Source of the DNA: Anaeramoeba ignava BMAN
Taxonomy: Eukaryota; Protista; Anaeramoebae
Direction of reading: 5' to 3'
DNA: 64,000 bases
Assembly: GCA_028826165.1 (NCBI GenBank)
Contig: JAPDFW010000015.1
Coordinates: forward strand, 16,399-80,398
This document shows positions 14,453-29,302 of this stretch, one piece after another (position 1 is the stretch's first letter; every line of letters begins with the position of its first letter). The notes beneath the pieces were generated by a model that did no database searches, was not told the DNA's origin, and saw only the letters and a list, made by a program, of their open reading frames with translations. A program made the position numbers and the translations under genes.

Positions 14453-14618
14453 AATGAAAACAATTTTTTTCTTTTCCAACTTTTTATTTTGGATGAAATG
14501 TTTGTTTCTCACAAAAATCCATTTATTTTTTTTTTTTGATTGGGTTTAAAAAAAATTTTTTTTTTAATTTTTAATTTCATTTTTAATTTTTTAATTTTTT
14601 AATTTTGGAAAATCAAAA

Positions 14619-15858
14619 ATGGGTTCAAAAACAAATTTAAGTGAAGAAATTTCAGCTTTTATTGGAGCTGGTTTAGGAATGATTGGTTCCTTTTCAATTA
14701 TAATGATTTTTCTTTATTTGAAAGAATACAGAATATTTTATAGAAAATTAGTTTTTATTTTATCAATTTATGACTTACTTCAATCAATAAGTTATTTTTT
14801 ACCAGGAAATTCAGGTCAAGTTGTTTGCGAAATCCAATATTATTTAATTGTTATTTTCCCTGAAATAGTTCAATTTTGGACTGCAAATATTTCTTTGATT
14901 TCTTATTTGAAAATAGTTAAGGAATTTGATGATTCAAGACTCAATTCAATCCAAAAATGGTTTCATTTCGCAAATTTCATTCCAATTATTGCTTTGATTA
15001 TAATTAGTGTTCTTAATCGAGATTATGATAATTCAAAGACTTTTTGGTATTTTTTTTTCGAAAGGAAATTTAAAAAAAAAAAAAATTTCAAAACAAAATT
15101 TTGATTTGATTTTATTTTCTTAACTTTTTTTTTTAGGTGTGCTCCAACATCTAATGTTCTTATTATTGTAAAAAATCATTTTTTTCAATTCTCTAAAAAA
15201 AAGTTCTTATTAAAAAAATTCTCATCAAAAAAATTCTCATCAAAAAATTCTCATCAAAAAAATTTTTTCATCAAATTTAGACTTTTTATACTATTATTTG
15301 GATTTATGCTATTTTTTGTTTAGTTTTTATATTTTAACAATTATTCGAATGAGGAAAAGTTTTAAATTAATTACAAAAGGATATACTGAAAGAAGAAAAA
15401 ATCAAATGAATCAAGTTTGGATTGAATTCAGAATGAGTTTGATTCCTTTAATCCAAATTATTGTCATTATCCCAGGAACAATTAGAGTAAAAAAAATTTA
15501 ATCCAAAAAAAGCTTAATCCAAAAAAATTCAAGTTTTTTTTTGATTTTTCAATAGAGAATAAGAGATATGGTTAATCCTTCTTATTCTAACATATTTGCT
15601 CTAGATATTATTCATTCACTTATTGCTTGTTCTCAAGGTTTTTGGGATTTTTTGATTTTTGTTGTTTTTGATCCAGATATAAAATCAAAAATAAAAATTT
15701 GTTGCTTTTCTCGTTCAAAATATGAAGGAAATGATTTTTTTGATTTGGGGAATTATCAATCAAAAAAGGAACAAGAATTCTTTTTAATTAAAAAAAGAAG
15801 TGAAAATGATGGAAATGATGATCAAGTTGTTTTTGAATCTGAGAATGAATCCAATTAA
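14619..15858 (+). CDS. 7TM GPCR, copy 9 (-1 frameshift in a T run at about 15325, possibly sequencing error)
   Basis: Exons 14619-15046, 15137-15167, 15281-15486 (206 nt instead of 207), 15556-15858. Confidence 0.75.
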
Positions 15859-16032
15859 TGTAGAAAAAGTTGGATTATTTTTTTTTTTTAATTTAATTTA
15901 ATTTCTAAATAAATTTTTTTTTTGAATTTTTTTTCATTTTTTTTCTTTTGTTAAAAAAAATAATATAATATAATTTGATTTGGTTTGATTTGATTTAATT
16001 TAATTGGATTGAGTTGAATTTAATTTAATTGA

Positions 16033-17212
16033 ATGAAAGAAGGAGAACAAATAGCAACAATAATAGGATCAAGTTTAGGATTAATTGGAGCATTATTAAT
16101 TATAATAATATTTCTTTATTTCAGGAAATTAAAATTATTTTATCGAAAATTAGTTTTTATTTTATCAATTTATGATTTATTTCAATCAATAAGTTATTTA
16201 TTACCAGGAAGAGCAAATGAAATTATTTGTGGAATTCAATATTATTTTATTGCTATTTTTTCAACAACTTCTCAATTTTGGTCTGCAGTTATTTCTGTTA
16301 TTTCTTATTTGAAAATTACTAAAGAATTGGATGATAAAAAATTAAATAAATTTCATAAATGGATTCACTTAATAATGTTGGTTCCAATTATTGTTTTGAT
16401 TCCAATTGTTTCTTATGCTCATGATTATAACAACTCAAAAACTTATTGGTATTTTTTTTATTAATCTGTTTTATTTTATTGTTTATTTTATGAATCAATT
16501 TTTGGATTGTTTTATTAGGTGCACTTCAATAACTAAAGCATTTCTTATTGTAAAAAATCAAATCTTTTTGATTCAAGCTTTTTTAAAAAACAAATTATCA
16601 ATTTCTTTATTTTATTTAGGTTGATTATTCTTTTATTTGGGCTTTTATTATCATTTGTTTGATATTTTATATTTTGACAATCATTAAATTAAGAAAAATT
16701 ATGAATTTAATATCTATTGCATATTCATCTTCAACAAGAATAAGTCAAATAAATCAAGTTTGGATTGAATTTAGAATGAGTTTTATTCCTTTAATCCAAA
16801 TTATAATTATGATTCCAGGAACAATTAGAGTAAAAAAATCAAATATACAATTTTAATTTTAATATTAATTTCAATTCAATAGAGAATAAGAGAAATGGTT
16901 AATTCATCTTTACCTGATATTCCTTCCCTTGATATTATTCAATCATTACTTGTTACTTCTCAAGGTTTTTGGGATTTTTGGATTTTTGTTGTTTTTGATC
17001 CAGAAATAAGGAAAAAAATCAAAAATCATTGTTGTAAAAATTCAAAATATGGAAAATACAATATTTTTCAATCAAATGAAACATCAAAACAAGAGAAAGA
17101 TCTTTCATTAATAGAAAACTCAAGAAACAAAGAAGATATAAAAAAATTTTCAAATGAAAGTGATTCAAGTGATTCAAGTGATTCAAGTGATTCAAATGAT
17201 TCAAGTGATTAA
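16033..17212 (+). CDS. 7TM GPCR, copy 10, Ser/Asp-repeat C-tail
   Basis: Exons 16033-16448, 16519-16549, 16620-16829, 16883-17212. Ends in (SSD)n. Confidence 0.9.
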
Positions 17213-17419
17213 ATGTAGATAGAAAACAAAAAATATTTCAAATTTTAATTTTAATTTTAATTTTAATTTTAATTTTAATTTTAATTTTAATTTTTTAAAA
17301 CTATTTTGAATGGTTTTGTTTGATTCTATTAATAAAATAATTTTTAAATCCAAATTTTTTTCATTTCATTTTTTATTTCCCTTTTAAAAATCCAAAAAAA
17401 TCCAATTTAAAAAATAAAA

Positions 17420-18553
17420 ATGAAAAAAGGAGAAGAGATAGCAACAATAATAGGATCAAGTTTAGGATTAATTGGAGCATTATTAATTATAATAATATTC
17501 CTATATTTTAAAGAAAACAAAATATTTTATAGAAAATTAGTTTTTATTTTATCAATTTATGATTTATTTCAATCATTAAGTTATTTATTACCAGGAAATT
17601 CAAATGAAAATCTTTGTAAAATTCAATATTATTTTCTTGCTATTTTTGCTTCAACTTCTCAATTTTGGTCTGCAAGTATTTCTTTAACTTCTTATTTGAA
17701 AATTGCTAAAGAATTTGATGATAAAAAATTAAATAAAATTCAAAAATGGCTTCATTTAATAATGTTTATTCCGATTATTGTTTTAGTTATTATTGTTGGT
17801 TATTCTCATGATTATAACAAATTCAAAAACTTATTGGTATTTTTATTTTTTTTAAATCAAATTTTAAATCAAATTTTAAAATCAAATTTTAAATCAAATT
17901 TATTATTAATTTTAAAATCAAATTTATTAGGTGTACTTCAACAAATAGAGCTTTCTTAATTGTAAATAATTTGATTTTTTTGATTTAAATAATAATTTTA
18001 ATTTTATTTCTTCTTCTCTTTTTTTTTTTGTTAGATTCTTTATAGCTTTAATTGGACTTACATTATTATTTGTTTAATATTTTATATTTTAACAATGATT
18101 AGATTAAGGAAAATTATTAAATTCCTTTCAAAAGAATTTTCTTCAACAGTAAAAAAAAGTCAAATGAATCAAGTTTGGATTCAAATAAGAATGAGTTTAA
18201 TTCCTTTAATCCAAATTATATTATTGATTCCAGCAACAATTAGAGTACTTTAAATAAATATTCCAAAATAAATATTCAATTTGAAAATATTCTTTATTAT
18301 TTAATAGAGATTAAGAAATATGATTAATTCATCTGTTCCTGATATTACTGCAGTCGATATTCTACACTCATTACTTGCTACTTCTCAAGGATTTTGGGAT
18401 TTTTGGATATTTATTATTTTTGATTCAGAAATGAGGAATAAATTAAAGCATTGTTCATCTCGCAAAAATTTCAATAATTTTCAAGATTTGGATTCAATAA
18501 ATTATGAATTAATAGAAAAAAGAGATGGAAATGAAATTTCAAATTATGATTAA
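17420..18553 (+). CDS. 7TM GPCR, copy 11 (+1 frameshift at about 17822)
   Basis: Exons 17420-17836, 17931-17961, 18035-18244, 18308-18553. Reads AACAAATTCAAAAACT versus AACAAATCAAAAACT in paralogs. Confidence 0.75.
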
Positions 18554-18715
18554 CTTAACAAAAAAAAATCATTAATTTATTTGGAATTCAAATTTGAATT
18601 CTTGAAAAATATTCTCTTTTTTATTTTCACATTATTTTTATTAAATAATTTTTGATCATTTTTTTCATTTCATTTTTTATTTCCCTTTTGAAAAAAACCA
18701 AAATTATTTTATTAA

Positions 18716-20114
18716 ATGAAAGGAGAAGAGATAGCAACAATAATAGGATCAAGTTTAGGATTAATTGGAGCTTTATTAATTATAATAATTTTCCTTTATT
18801 TTAAAGAAAACAAAATATTTTATAGAAAATTAGTTTTTATTTTATCAATTTATGACTTCTTTCAATCAATAACTTATTTATTACCAGGAAATTCAGATCA
18901 AAATCTTTGTAAAATTCAATATTATTTAACTGCTATTTTTGCTTCAACTTCTCAATTTTGGTCTGCAATAATTGCTTTAACTTCTTATTTGAAAGTTGTT
19001 AAAGAATTTAACGATAAAAAATTAAATAAAATTCAAAAATGGTTTCATTTAATAATGTTTATTCCGATTATTGTTTTAATTATTATTTCTGCTTATGTTC
19101 ATGATTATAATAATTCAAAAACTTATTGGTATTTTTATTTTTTTGAATTAAATTTTAAATCAAATTTTAAATCAAATTTTAAATTAAATTTTAAATTAAA
19201 TTTTTAATCAATTTTTAAATCAATTTTTAAATCAATTTTTAATCAATTTTTAAATCAATTTTTAAATTAAATTTTTAAATCAAATTTTAAATCAAATTTT
19301 TAAATCAAATTTTAAATCAAATTTTAAATAAATTTTAAATCAAATTTTAAATCAATATTTAAATTAATTTTTAATCAAATTTTAATTCAAATTTAAATCA
19401 ATTTTTAAATCAATTTTTAAATCAAATTTTTAAATCAATTTTTAAATCAATTTTTAAATTAAATTTTAAATCAATTTTAAATCAAATTTATTAGGTGTAC
19501 TTCAACAAATCGAGCTTTCTTAATTGTAAATAATTTGAATTTTTGATTTAAATAATAATTTTAATTTTATTTCTTCTTCTCTTTTTTGTTAGATTCTTTA
19601 TGGTTTTACTTGGATTTACATTATTATTTGTTTAATATTTTATATTTTAACAATGATTAGATTAAGGAAAATTATTAAATTCCTTACAAAAGAATTTTCT
19701 TCAACAGTAAAAAAAAGTCAAATGAATCAAGTTTGGATTCAAATAAGAATGAGTTTAATTCCTTTAATCCAAATTATAATATTGATTCCAGGAACAATTA
19801 GAGTACTTTAAATAAATATTCCAAAATAAATATTCAATTTGAAAATATTCTTTATTATTTAATAGAGATTAAGAAATATAATTAATCCATCTGCTCCTGA
19901 TATTACTGCAGTCGATATTCTACACTCATTACTTGTTACTTCTCAAGGATTTTGGGATTTTTGGATATTTATTATTTTTGATTCAGAAATGAGGAATAAA
20001 TTAAAAAAAATTGTTCATCTCGCAAAAAATTTTAATAAATTTCAAGATTTGGATTTAAATAACTATGAATTAATAGAAAAAAGAGATGGAATTTTAATTT
20101 CAAGTTCTGATTAA
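18716..20114 (+). CDS. 7TM GPCR, copy 12
   Basis: Exons 18716-19128, 19495-19525, 19593-19802, 19866-20114. Recent duplicate of copy 11 (introns 2-3 nearly identical). Confidence 0.88.
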
Positions 20115-20139
20115 AAAAAAAGACTGCAAAAAGCATTAA

Positions 20140-21182
20140 TTTGAAATTGAATTTGAATTTGAATTGAATTGAATTTGAATTGGAATTGATTTGAATTGAA
20201 TTGAATTGAATTGAATTGAATTGAATATTGAATTAAATTGAAATTGAATTGAATTGAATTGGAATTGATTTGAATTGAATTGAAATTGAATTGAATTGAA
20301 TTGAAATTGAATTGAATTTGAAATTGAATTGGATTGAATTGAATTGGGTGATTTGGAAAATTTGAAATTGAATTGAATTGAATTGAATTGAAAATTGAAT
20401 TTGAAATTGAATTGAATTGAATTGAATTGAAATTGAATTGAATTGAAATGGAATTGAATTGAAATTGGAATTGGAAATTGGTGAATTGAATTGGAAATTG
20501 AAATTGAAATGGAAATTGGAATTGGAATTGGAATTGGAATTGGAATTGGTGATTGAATTGGAATTGGAATTGAATTTGAAAATGGAATTGAATTGGAATT
20601 TGAATTGGAATTGAATAGAAATTGAATTGGAATTGAATTGAATTGGAATTTTGGATTTGGAATTGAATTGATGAATTGAATCGAATTGAAATTGAAATTG
20701 AATTGAAATGAAATTGAATTGAAGTGAATTAGGAATTGGAATTGAAATGGAAATTGAATGGTCGAAAATTGAATTTGGAAATTGAAATTGAAATTGAATT
20801 GAAATGAATTGAATGAATTGGAGTAAAATTGAAATTTGAAATTGAATTGGAATTGGAATTGAAATTGGGAATTGAATTGGAATTTGGAATTGGAATTGAA
20901 ATTGAATTGAATTGAATTGGATTTTGATTGAATTGAAATGAATTGATTTGAAATTGAATTGAAATTGAATTTGAATTGAATTGAATTGAATTGAATTGAA
21001 TTGAATTGAATTGGAATTGAATTGAATTGAATTGAAATTGAATTGAATTGAATTGAATTGAATTGAAATTGAAATTGAATTGAATTGAATTGAATTGATT
21101 TGAATTGAATTTGAATTGAATTGAAATTGAATTGAATTGAATTGAATTGATTTGAATTTGAATTTGAATTGAATATTGAATT
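20140..21182. repeat. (GAATT)n intergenic microsatellite, degenerate centre
   Basis: TTGAA/TTGGAA units over about 1 kb. Confidence 0.9.
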
Positions 21183-21291
21183 GATTCTTGTTATTTTTAT
21201 TAAAAATAATTTTTATTTTTGAAACATTTCATTTTTTTCATTTCAAAAAAAAAGCAAAAATAATCATAATCAAAAAAAAAAGAAAATAAAA

Positions 21292-23043
21292 ATGGTTTCA
21301 GGAGAAGAAATAGCAACAATTATAGGAGCAGGATTAGGATTAATTGGAGCTTTATTAATTATAATAATATTTCTTTATTTTAAAGAAAACAAATTATTTT
21401 ATAGAAAATTAGTTTTTATTTTATCAATTTATGATTTACTTGAATCAATAACTTATTTATTACCAGGAAATTCAGAAAAAATTCTTTGCAAAATTCAATA
21501 TTATTTAATTGCTATTTTTACAACAACTCCTCAATTTTGGTCTGCAACTATTTCTTTTATTTCTTATTTAAAAGTTGTTAAAGAATTTGATGATAAAAAA
21601 TTGAATAAAATTCATAAATGGTTTCATTTAATAATGATAATTCCAATTATTGTTTTAATTATTATTGTTGGTTATTCTCATGATTATAACAAATCAAAAA
21701 CTTATTGGTATTAATTTTGATTTTAATTTTAAATTTGGATTTGAATTTGATTTTGATTTTAAATTTTGATTTTAATTTTGATTTTGATTTTGGTTTTAAT
21801 TTTGGTTTTGATTTTGATTTTAAATTTTGATTTTGATTTTAATTTTAATTTTGATTTTGATTTTAATTTAGGTGTACTTCAACAAATGAAGCTTTTATTA
21901 TTGTATAAAAATTTTTTAATTGCAATGAATTGATAAAAATTGATTCAAAAATTTATATTGGTTTTATTTCTTTTTTTTATAGTTTCTTTATGCTTTTAAT
22001 TGGACTTATGTTATTATTTGTTTAATATTTTATATTTTAACAATTATTAGATTAAGGAAAAATTATTAAATTCATTTCAAAAGAATTTTCTTCAACAACA
22101 AGAATAAATCAAATGAATCAAATTTGGATTCAAATTAGAATGAGTTTAATTCCTTTAATTGAAATTTTAATAGCAATTCCACCAACAATTAGAGTATATT
22201 AAATATAAAATATTCCAAATAAACATTTCAAAAATAAATATTCAAATATAAATATTTCAAAATATAAATATCCAAAATATAAATATTAAATATTCAAAAT
22301 ATAAATATTCAAAATATAAATATTAAATATTAAATATAAATATTTAAATATAAATATTCAAATATTCAAAATATAAATATTCAAAATATAAATATCTAAA
22401 TATAAATATTAAATATCTAAATATTAAATATTAAATATAAATATTCAAAATATAAATAAATATTCAAATATAAATATTAAAATATAAATATTAAATATTC
22501 AAAATATAAAATTAAATATTCAAAAAATATAAATATTCAAAATATAAATAATAAATATTCAAAATATAAATATTAAATATAAATATTAAATATTCAAATA
22601 TAAATATTAAATATAAATATTAAATATAAATATTAAATATTCAAAATATAAATATTCAAAATATAAATATTCAAAATATAAATATTCAAATATAAATATA
22701 AATATTCAAAATATAAATATTCAAAATATAAACATTCAAATATAAATATTCAAAATATAAATATAAATATTCAATAATAAATAAATATTAGAGATTAAGA
22801 GAAATAATTAAACCTTCGGCTTCTGATATTCCTACTCTTGATTTTGTTCATTCATTACTTGCTTCTTCTCAAGGTTTTTGGGATTTTTGGATATTTATTG
22901 TTTTTGATCCAGAAATGAGAAAAAAAACAAAAAATTGTTTTTGTTGTTCAACTTCAACAAAATTAAACAAATTTCAAGATTTAGAACCAATTAATATTAA
23001 TGATCAATTAATAAAAAAAAAAGAAATCTTTAATTCCGATTAA
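21292..23043 (+). CDS. 7TM GPCR, copy 13 (+1 frameshift in an A run at about 22060)
   Basis: Exons 21292-21707, 21872-21902, 21983-22193 (211 nt), 22792-23043. Confidence 0.75.
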
Positions 23044-23179
23044 ACTTTATTTGTTTTGATTTAAATAAAATCAATTTAGAAATTAAAAATAATTTTTATT
23101 TTTGAAACATTTCATTTTTTTCATTTCAAAAAAAAAAAAGCAAAAATAATTCTAATCAAAAAAAAAAAAGAAAATAAAA

Positions 23180-25054
23180 ATGGAATCAGCAGAAGAAATA
23201 GCAACAAGTATTGGAGCAAGTTTAGGATTAATTGGAGCATTATTAATTATAATAATTTTTCGATATTTTAGGAAATTAAAATTATTTTATAGAAAATTAG
23301 TTTTTATTTTATCAATTTATGATTTACTTCAATCAATAAGTTATTTATTACCAGGAAGATCAAATGAAATTATTTGCAAAATTCAATATTATTTTCTTGC
23401 TATTTTTGCTTCAACTTCTCAATTTTGGTCTGCAACTATTTCTTTAATTTCTTATTTAAAAGTTGTTAAAGAATTTAATGATAAAAAATTAAATAAAATT
23501 CATAAATGGTTTCATTTAATAATGTTAATTCCAATTATTGTGTTAGTTACTGTTGTTGGTTATTCTCATGATTATAATAATTCAAAAACTTATTGGTATT
23601 TTTTTGGATTGATTTTTGGATTGATTTTAATTTGATTTTTAATTTGATTTTAATTTGATTTTTAATTTGATTTTAATTTGATTTTTAATTTGATTTTTAA
23701 ATTAGGTGTACTTCAATTACAAGAGCATTTCTTATTGTATTTATTAACATTTTTTTTTAAAAAATTCCAAAACAAAAGAAATTTGGAAATGATTTAAAAA
23801 TAATTTGATTTTTATTTAGACTCTTTATACTTTTAATTGGATTTACATTATTATTTGTTTGATTTTTTATATTTTAACAATGATTCGATTAAGAAAAGAA
23901 TTCAATTTCCTTTCAAATAACTATTCTCCAACATCAAAAAAAAGTCAAATCAATCAAGTTTGGGTTCAATTAAGAATGAGTTTAATTCCTTTAATTCAAA
24001 TTATAATATTGATTCCAGGAACAATTAGAGTAAAAAAACTAAAATAATTATTGATTATTTATTGAAAGAAAAATTCAACTTTGATTTGATTTAATTTAAT
24101 TTGATTTAATTTAATTTGATTTAATTTAATTTAATTTAATTTGATTTAATTCAACTTTGATTTAATTTGATTTGATTTGATTTGATTTGATTTAATTTGA
24201 TTTGATTTGATTTAATTTGATTTAATTTAATTTAATTTGATTTGATTTGATTTAATTTAATTTGATTTAATTTGATTTAATTTGATTTAATTTGATTTAA
24301 TTTAATTTAATTTAATTTAATTTAATTTAATTTAATTTGATTTAATTTAATTTGATTTAATTTAATTTAATTTAATTTAATTTAATTTAATTTAATTTAA
24401 TTTGATTTGATTTAATTTGATTTTATTTATTTAATTTAATTTGATTTAATTTGATTTGATTTGATTTAATTTGATTTAATTTAATTTAATTTGATTTGAT
24501 TTGATTTAATTTAATTTGATTTGATTTGATTTGATTTAATTTGATTTAATTTGATTTGATTTGATTTAATTTGATTTTATTTATTTAATTTAATTTGATT
24601 TAATTTAATTTGATTTAATTTAATTTAATTTGATTTAATTTAATTTAATTTGATTTGATTTGATTTAATTTAATTTAATTTAATTTGATTTAATTCAACT
24701 TTGATTTATTTGATTTAATTTGATTTGATTTAATTTGATTTAATTTAATTTTATTTAATTTGATTTAATTTAATTTAAAAATAATAGAGAAGTAGAGAAT
24801 GGATGGAAAATTCTCCTCATGATATCCTTTCAATTGACATTATTCATTCTTTATTAATAACTTCTCAAGGATTTTGGGATTTTTGGATTTTTATTATTTT
24901 TGATCCAGAAATGAGAAATAAATTAAGAAATTGTTGTTCATCTTCAAAAAATCCAAAAGAACTTGTTTTTGTTGGATTAAGTATTGAAAAAAATGAAAAT
25001 GAAAATGAAAATGAAAATGAAAAAGATACTCTTCTTCATTTTGGAAAAAAGTAA
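23180..25054 (+). CDS. 7TM GPCR, copy 14
   Basis: Exons 23180-23595, 23706-23736, 23820-24029, 24788-25054. Intron 3 is (ATTTA/ATTTG)n. Confidence 0.9.
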
Positions 25055-25204
25055 TCAAAAAGTTGTTTGATGTTGTTGTTATTGTTATTTTAAAAAAAAA
25101 TTCAATTTATTTTTGTGAATTATTTTGATCAAATAAAAAACCAACTTAAAAAATAAAAATCAATTATAATATTAAATTTGTTCCACTTTTTTTTTTCTTT
25201 GCTT

Positions 25205-25730
25205 TAATAATAATATTAAATATTTAAATTGAAAATTAATTATATTATATATATTTTATTAATTTTTCTTTATTTAAAACAATATAAAATTATTCCCAAT
25301 ATTTAAATAAAATTAATAAAATATTTTGATTAAATCTATTTCAAAATTAAAATAAATAATATTAAATACTTAAATTGAAAATTAATTATATTTTATATAT
25401 TTTATTAATTTTTCTTAATTTAAAATAATAAAAATTATTCCCAATATTAAATAAAATTAATAAAATATTTTGATTAAATCTATTTCAAAATTAAAATAAA
25501 TAATATTAAATACTTAAATTGAAAACTAATTATATTTTATATATTTTATTAATTTTTCTTAATTTAAAATAATATAAAATTATTCCCAATATTTAAATAA
25601 AATTAATAAAATATTGAAATATTTTCGTAAAGTTAAAAATTGAATTGAAATAACTTTTAATAATAATTTAACTTGAATTTATTTTATTTTAAATTTAAAT
25701 AATATTTTCATTTATTAAATTAATATTTTT
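25205..25730 (+). repeat. Dispersed AT-rich element with about 145-bp internal tandem units (copy A)
   Basis: ATTATTCCCAATATT recurs at about 25290, 25435 and 25580. The reverse complement matches 54890-55560, including the non-tandem flank. Confidence 0.75.
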
Positions 25731-26008
25731 AATTAATTATTAACTTAATTTTTATTATAATAAAATATATCGAAATTAAAATTTTAAATTAACAATTTTT
25801 TGGAAACAAAAAAAAAATATTTTCATCACTTTTTGAATTTCATTTTTTTTCATTTCTTTTAATTTTTTGATTTCTATTATAATTTTAAAATTAATTTTTA
25901 ATTTTTAATTTTTAATTTAATTTAATTTTTTTGGAAATCAAAATTAAAAACAAAAATTTCAAATTTATTCAATAAAAAAAAATAATTAAAAAATAATTAA
26001 AAATCAAA

Positions 26009-27641
26009 ATGATTTCAGGAGAAGAAACAGCAACAAGTATTGGAGCAAGTTTAGGAATGACAGGAGCATTATTAATAATATTTATTTTCTTTTATTTTAG
26101 GAAATTAAAATTATTTTATCGAAAATTAGTTTTTATTTTATCAATTTATGATTTATTTCAATCAATAAGTTATTTATTACCAGGAAATTCAAATGGAGTT
26201 ATTTGCAAAATTCAATATTTTTTAATTGCTATTTTTTCAACAACTTCTCAATTTTGGTCTGCAACTATTTCTTTTTTTTCTTATTTAAAAGTTTATAAGC
26301 AACTTGATGATAAAAAATTAAATAAAATTCATAAATGGTTTCATTTAATAATGATTATTCCAATTATTGTTTTAATTATTATTGTTTCTATTACTAGAGA
26401 TTATGATAAATCAAAAACTTATTGGTAATTTTAAATTTAATTTTGAATTTAATTTTGAATTAATTTGATTTAATTTAATTTTGATTTAATTTTATATTTG
26501 ATTTTATTTAATTTTAATTTTGATTTGATTTAATTTTAATTTTGATTTGATTTAATTTAATTTAATTTTGATTTAATTTTGATTTTATTTAATTTAATTT
26601 TATTTAGATTTAATTTAATTTGATTTAATTTAATTTTAATTTTTGATTTAATTTAATTTAATTTAATTTTAATTTAATTTAATTTTAATTTTTGATTTAA
26701 TTTGATTTTGATTTAATTTTAATTTTAATTGATTTGATTTGATTTGATTTGATTTAATTTAATTTTGATTTGATTTGATTTAATTTAATTTAGATTTAAT
26801 TTAATTTTGATTTAATTTGATTTAATTTTGATTTAATTTAATTTGATTTGATTTAATTTGATTTAAATTTGATTTAATTTAATTTAATTTAATAGGTGTA
26901 CTTCCGTAACAAACACTTTTATTATTGTAAAACATTAATAATTTTGATCCACATTCTCAAATCAAAAAACAAAAAAAAACTCAAGATTCAAAAAAATTAT
27001 TTATTTTATTTATGTAGACTGTTTATTCTTTTTTATGGGTTTTTATTATTATTTGTTTGATATTTTATATTTTAACAATAATTCAAATAAGAAAAGTTGT
27101 TAAAATATATTCAACAAATTCTATTTCAACAACAAAAATAAATCAAATGAATCAAATTTGGATTCAATTAAGAATGAGTTTTATTCCATTAATTCAAATT
27201 ATAATATTGATTCCAGGAACAATTAGAGTAAAAAAAAGAATTTTGATTTAAAAATTTATTCAAGAATTTTGATTTAAAAATTGATTTGAAAATTTATTTG
27301 AAAAAAAAAAGAGAATTAGAAATATCGCTAAACCATCTGCTAGTGATATTGAATCTCTTGATATTATTCAATCATTACTTTTAACTTCTCAAGGTTTTTG
27401 GGATTTTTGGATTTTTGTTGTTTTTGATCCAGAAATAAGAAAGAAAATAAAAAATTGTTTTTGTTCAAAATCAAGAAATTTAGAAGAAGAAAATTTTGGA
27501 GATGAAATGGATTATCCTTCAAAAAAAGAAAAACGTCTTTTGGTTATTGAAGAAGTGTTTCAAGATGAAAATGAAATGAAAAATACTCCTCTTATTACAA
27601 ATGAATTTGATAGTGGAATTGAAAGTGAAAATATGCTTTAA
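26009..27641 (+). CDS. 7TM GPCR, copy 15
   Basis: Exons 26009-26424, 26896-26926, 27018-27227, 27312-27641. Confidence 0.9.
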
Positions 27642-27825
27642 TTCCAAAAGAAAAACAAATCTCTTTTCTTTTTTCTTTTTATTCCTTCATTGAAAATGAA
27701 ATGTTTTTAAAATAAAACTTAATCCAAAAAAATTTTTATTTTTGAGGAATAAATTTTATTTGCAATTTTTTGTTTTCATTTTTTTTATTTCAATTTAAAA
27801 ATAAAATCTAAAGATAAAATTTAAC

Positions 27826-29092
27826 ATGAAAGGGGAAGAATTTTCAACAATATTTGGATCAAGTTTAGGATTAACTGGAGCTTTATTAATTATAATAATA
27901 TTTCTATATTTTAAATCAACGAAATTATTTTATCGAAAATTAGTTTTTATTTTATCAATTTATGATTTATTTCAATCATTAAGTTATTTATTACCAGGAA
28001 ATTCAAATGGAGTTATTTGCAAAATTCAATATTATTTAACTGCTATTTTTGCTTCAACATCTCAATTTTGGTCTGCAATTATTTCTTTAATTTCTTATTT
28101 AAAAGTTGTTAAACAAATTGATGATAAAAAATTAAATAAAATCCATAAATGGTTTCATTTAATAATGTTAATTCCAATTATTGTTTTAATTATTATTTCT
28201 GCTTATGCTCATGATTATGACGATTCAAAAACTTATTGGTATTTTTATTATTATTTTTATTGAATTTTTGGATTTTAATTTTTGATTTTTATTTAGGTGT
28301 GTTTTAACAACTGAATCTTTTCTTCTTGTAAAAGAAAACAAACAAAAAATATTTTTCCAATTATTTTTAAATTGTTTTATTTATTATTTTCCTTTTTTTT
28401 TAGACTCTTTATGTTTTTATTTGGATTTATGTTATAAATTGTTTAGTTTTTTATATTTTAACAATTATTCAATTAAGAAAAGTACTTAAGTTAATTAAAA
28501 ACGAGAAATCTTTTTCATTATTAGCAGCTCAAAAAAATCAACTTTGGATTCAAATAAGAATGAGTTTAATTCCATTAATTCAAATTATAATTATGATTCC
28601 AGCAACAATTAGAGTATAAATATAAATATAAATAATATTCAAAATATAAATATAAAATATTCAATATATAAATATTCAAAAAATAAATATTCAAAATAAA
28701 TATTCAAAATTCAAAATAAATATATAAATATTCAAAATAAATATATAAATATTCAAAATAAATAATAGAGATTAAGAGATATAATAGATCCATCTGCTCC
28801 TGATATTATTGTAATTGATATCCTTCAATCATTACTTGTTACTTCTCAAGGTTTTTGGGATTTTTGGATTTTTGTAGTTTTTGATCCAGAAATGAGAGAT
28901 AAAATAAAAGGTTGTTGTTGTTCAAATTTAAAACAAAAATATTTACAAGAAAATGAACTTTCAGATATTTCAACTTATCAAAAACTTCCAAATCAAGAAA
29001 ATGGTATATTTTCGATTAAAAATCCAAATTTTAAATCAAGTGAATTTAAACCTCTTATTCAAAATTCAAACAAAGAAGAATCTTTGAATTGA
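27826..29092 (+). CDS. 7TM GPCR, copy 16
   Basis: Exons 27826-28238, 28297-28327, 28404-28613, 28769-29092. Confidence 0.9.
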
Positions 29093-29302
29093 AAATTTTA
29101 ATTTCAAAATGAAATGAACAAAAAACAATTTTTAGATTAAAAAGAAAAAGTGGAAAATAAAAAAATTTTTTTACTTCTTTCTTTTTTAATAAAAATCTAA
29201 TCTATTTGTTAAAATCAAAAAAAAAAAAAAAAAAGATTTTCGAAAATCATTTTTCATTTTATTTCAATTTAAAAAATAAATTAAAAAATAAATTAAAAAA
29301 AA

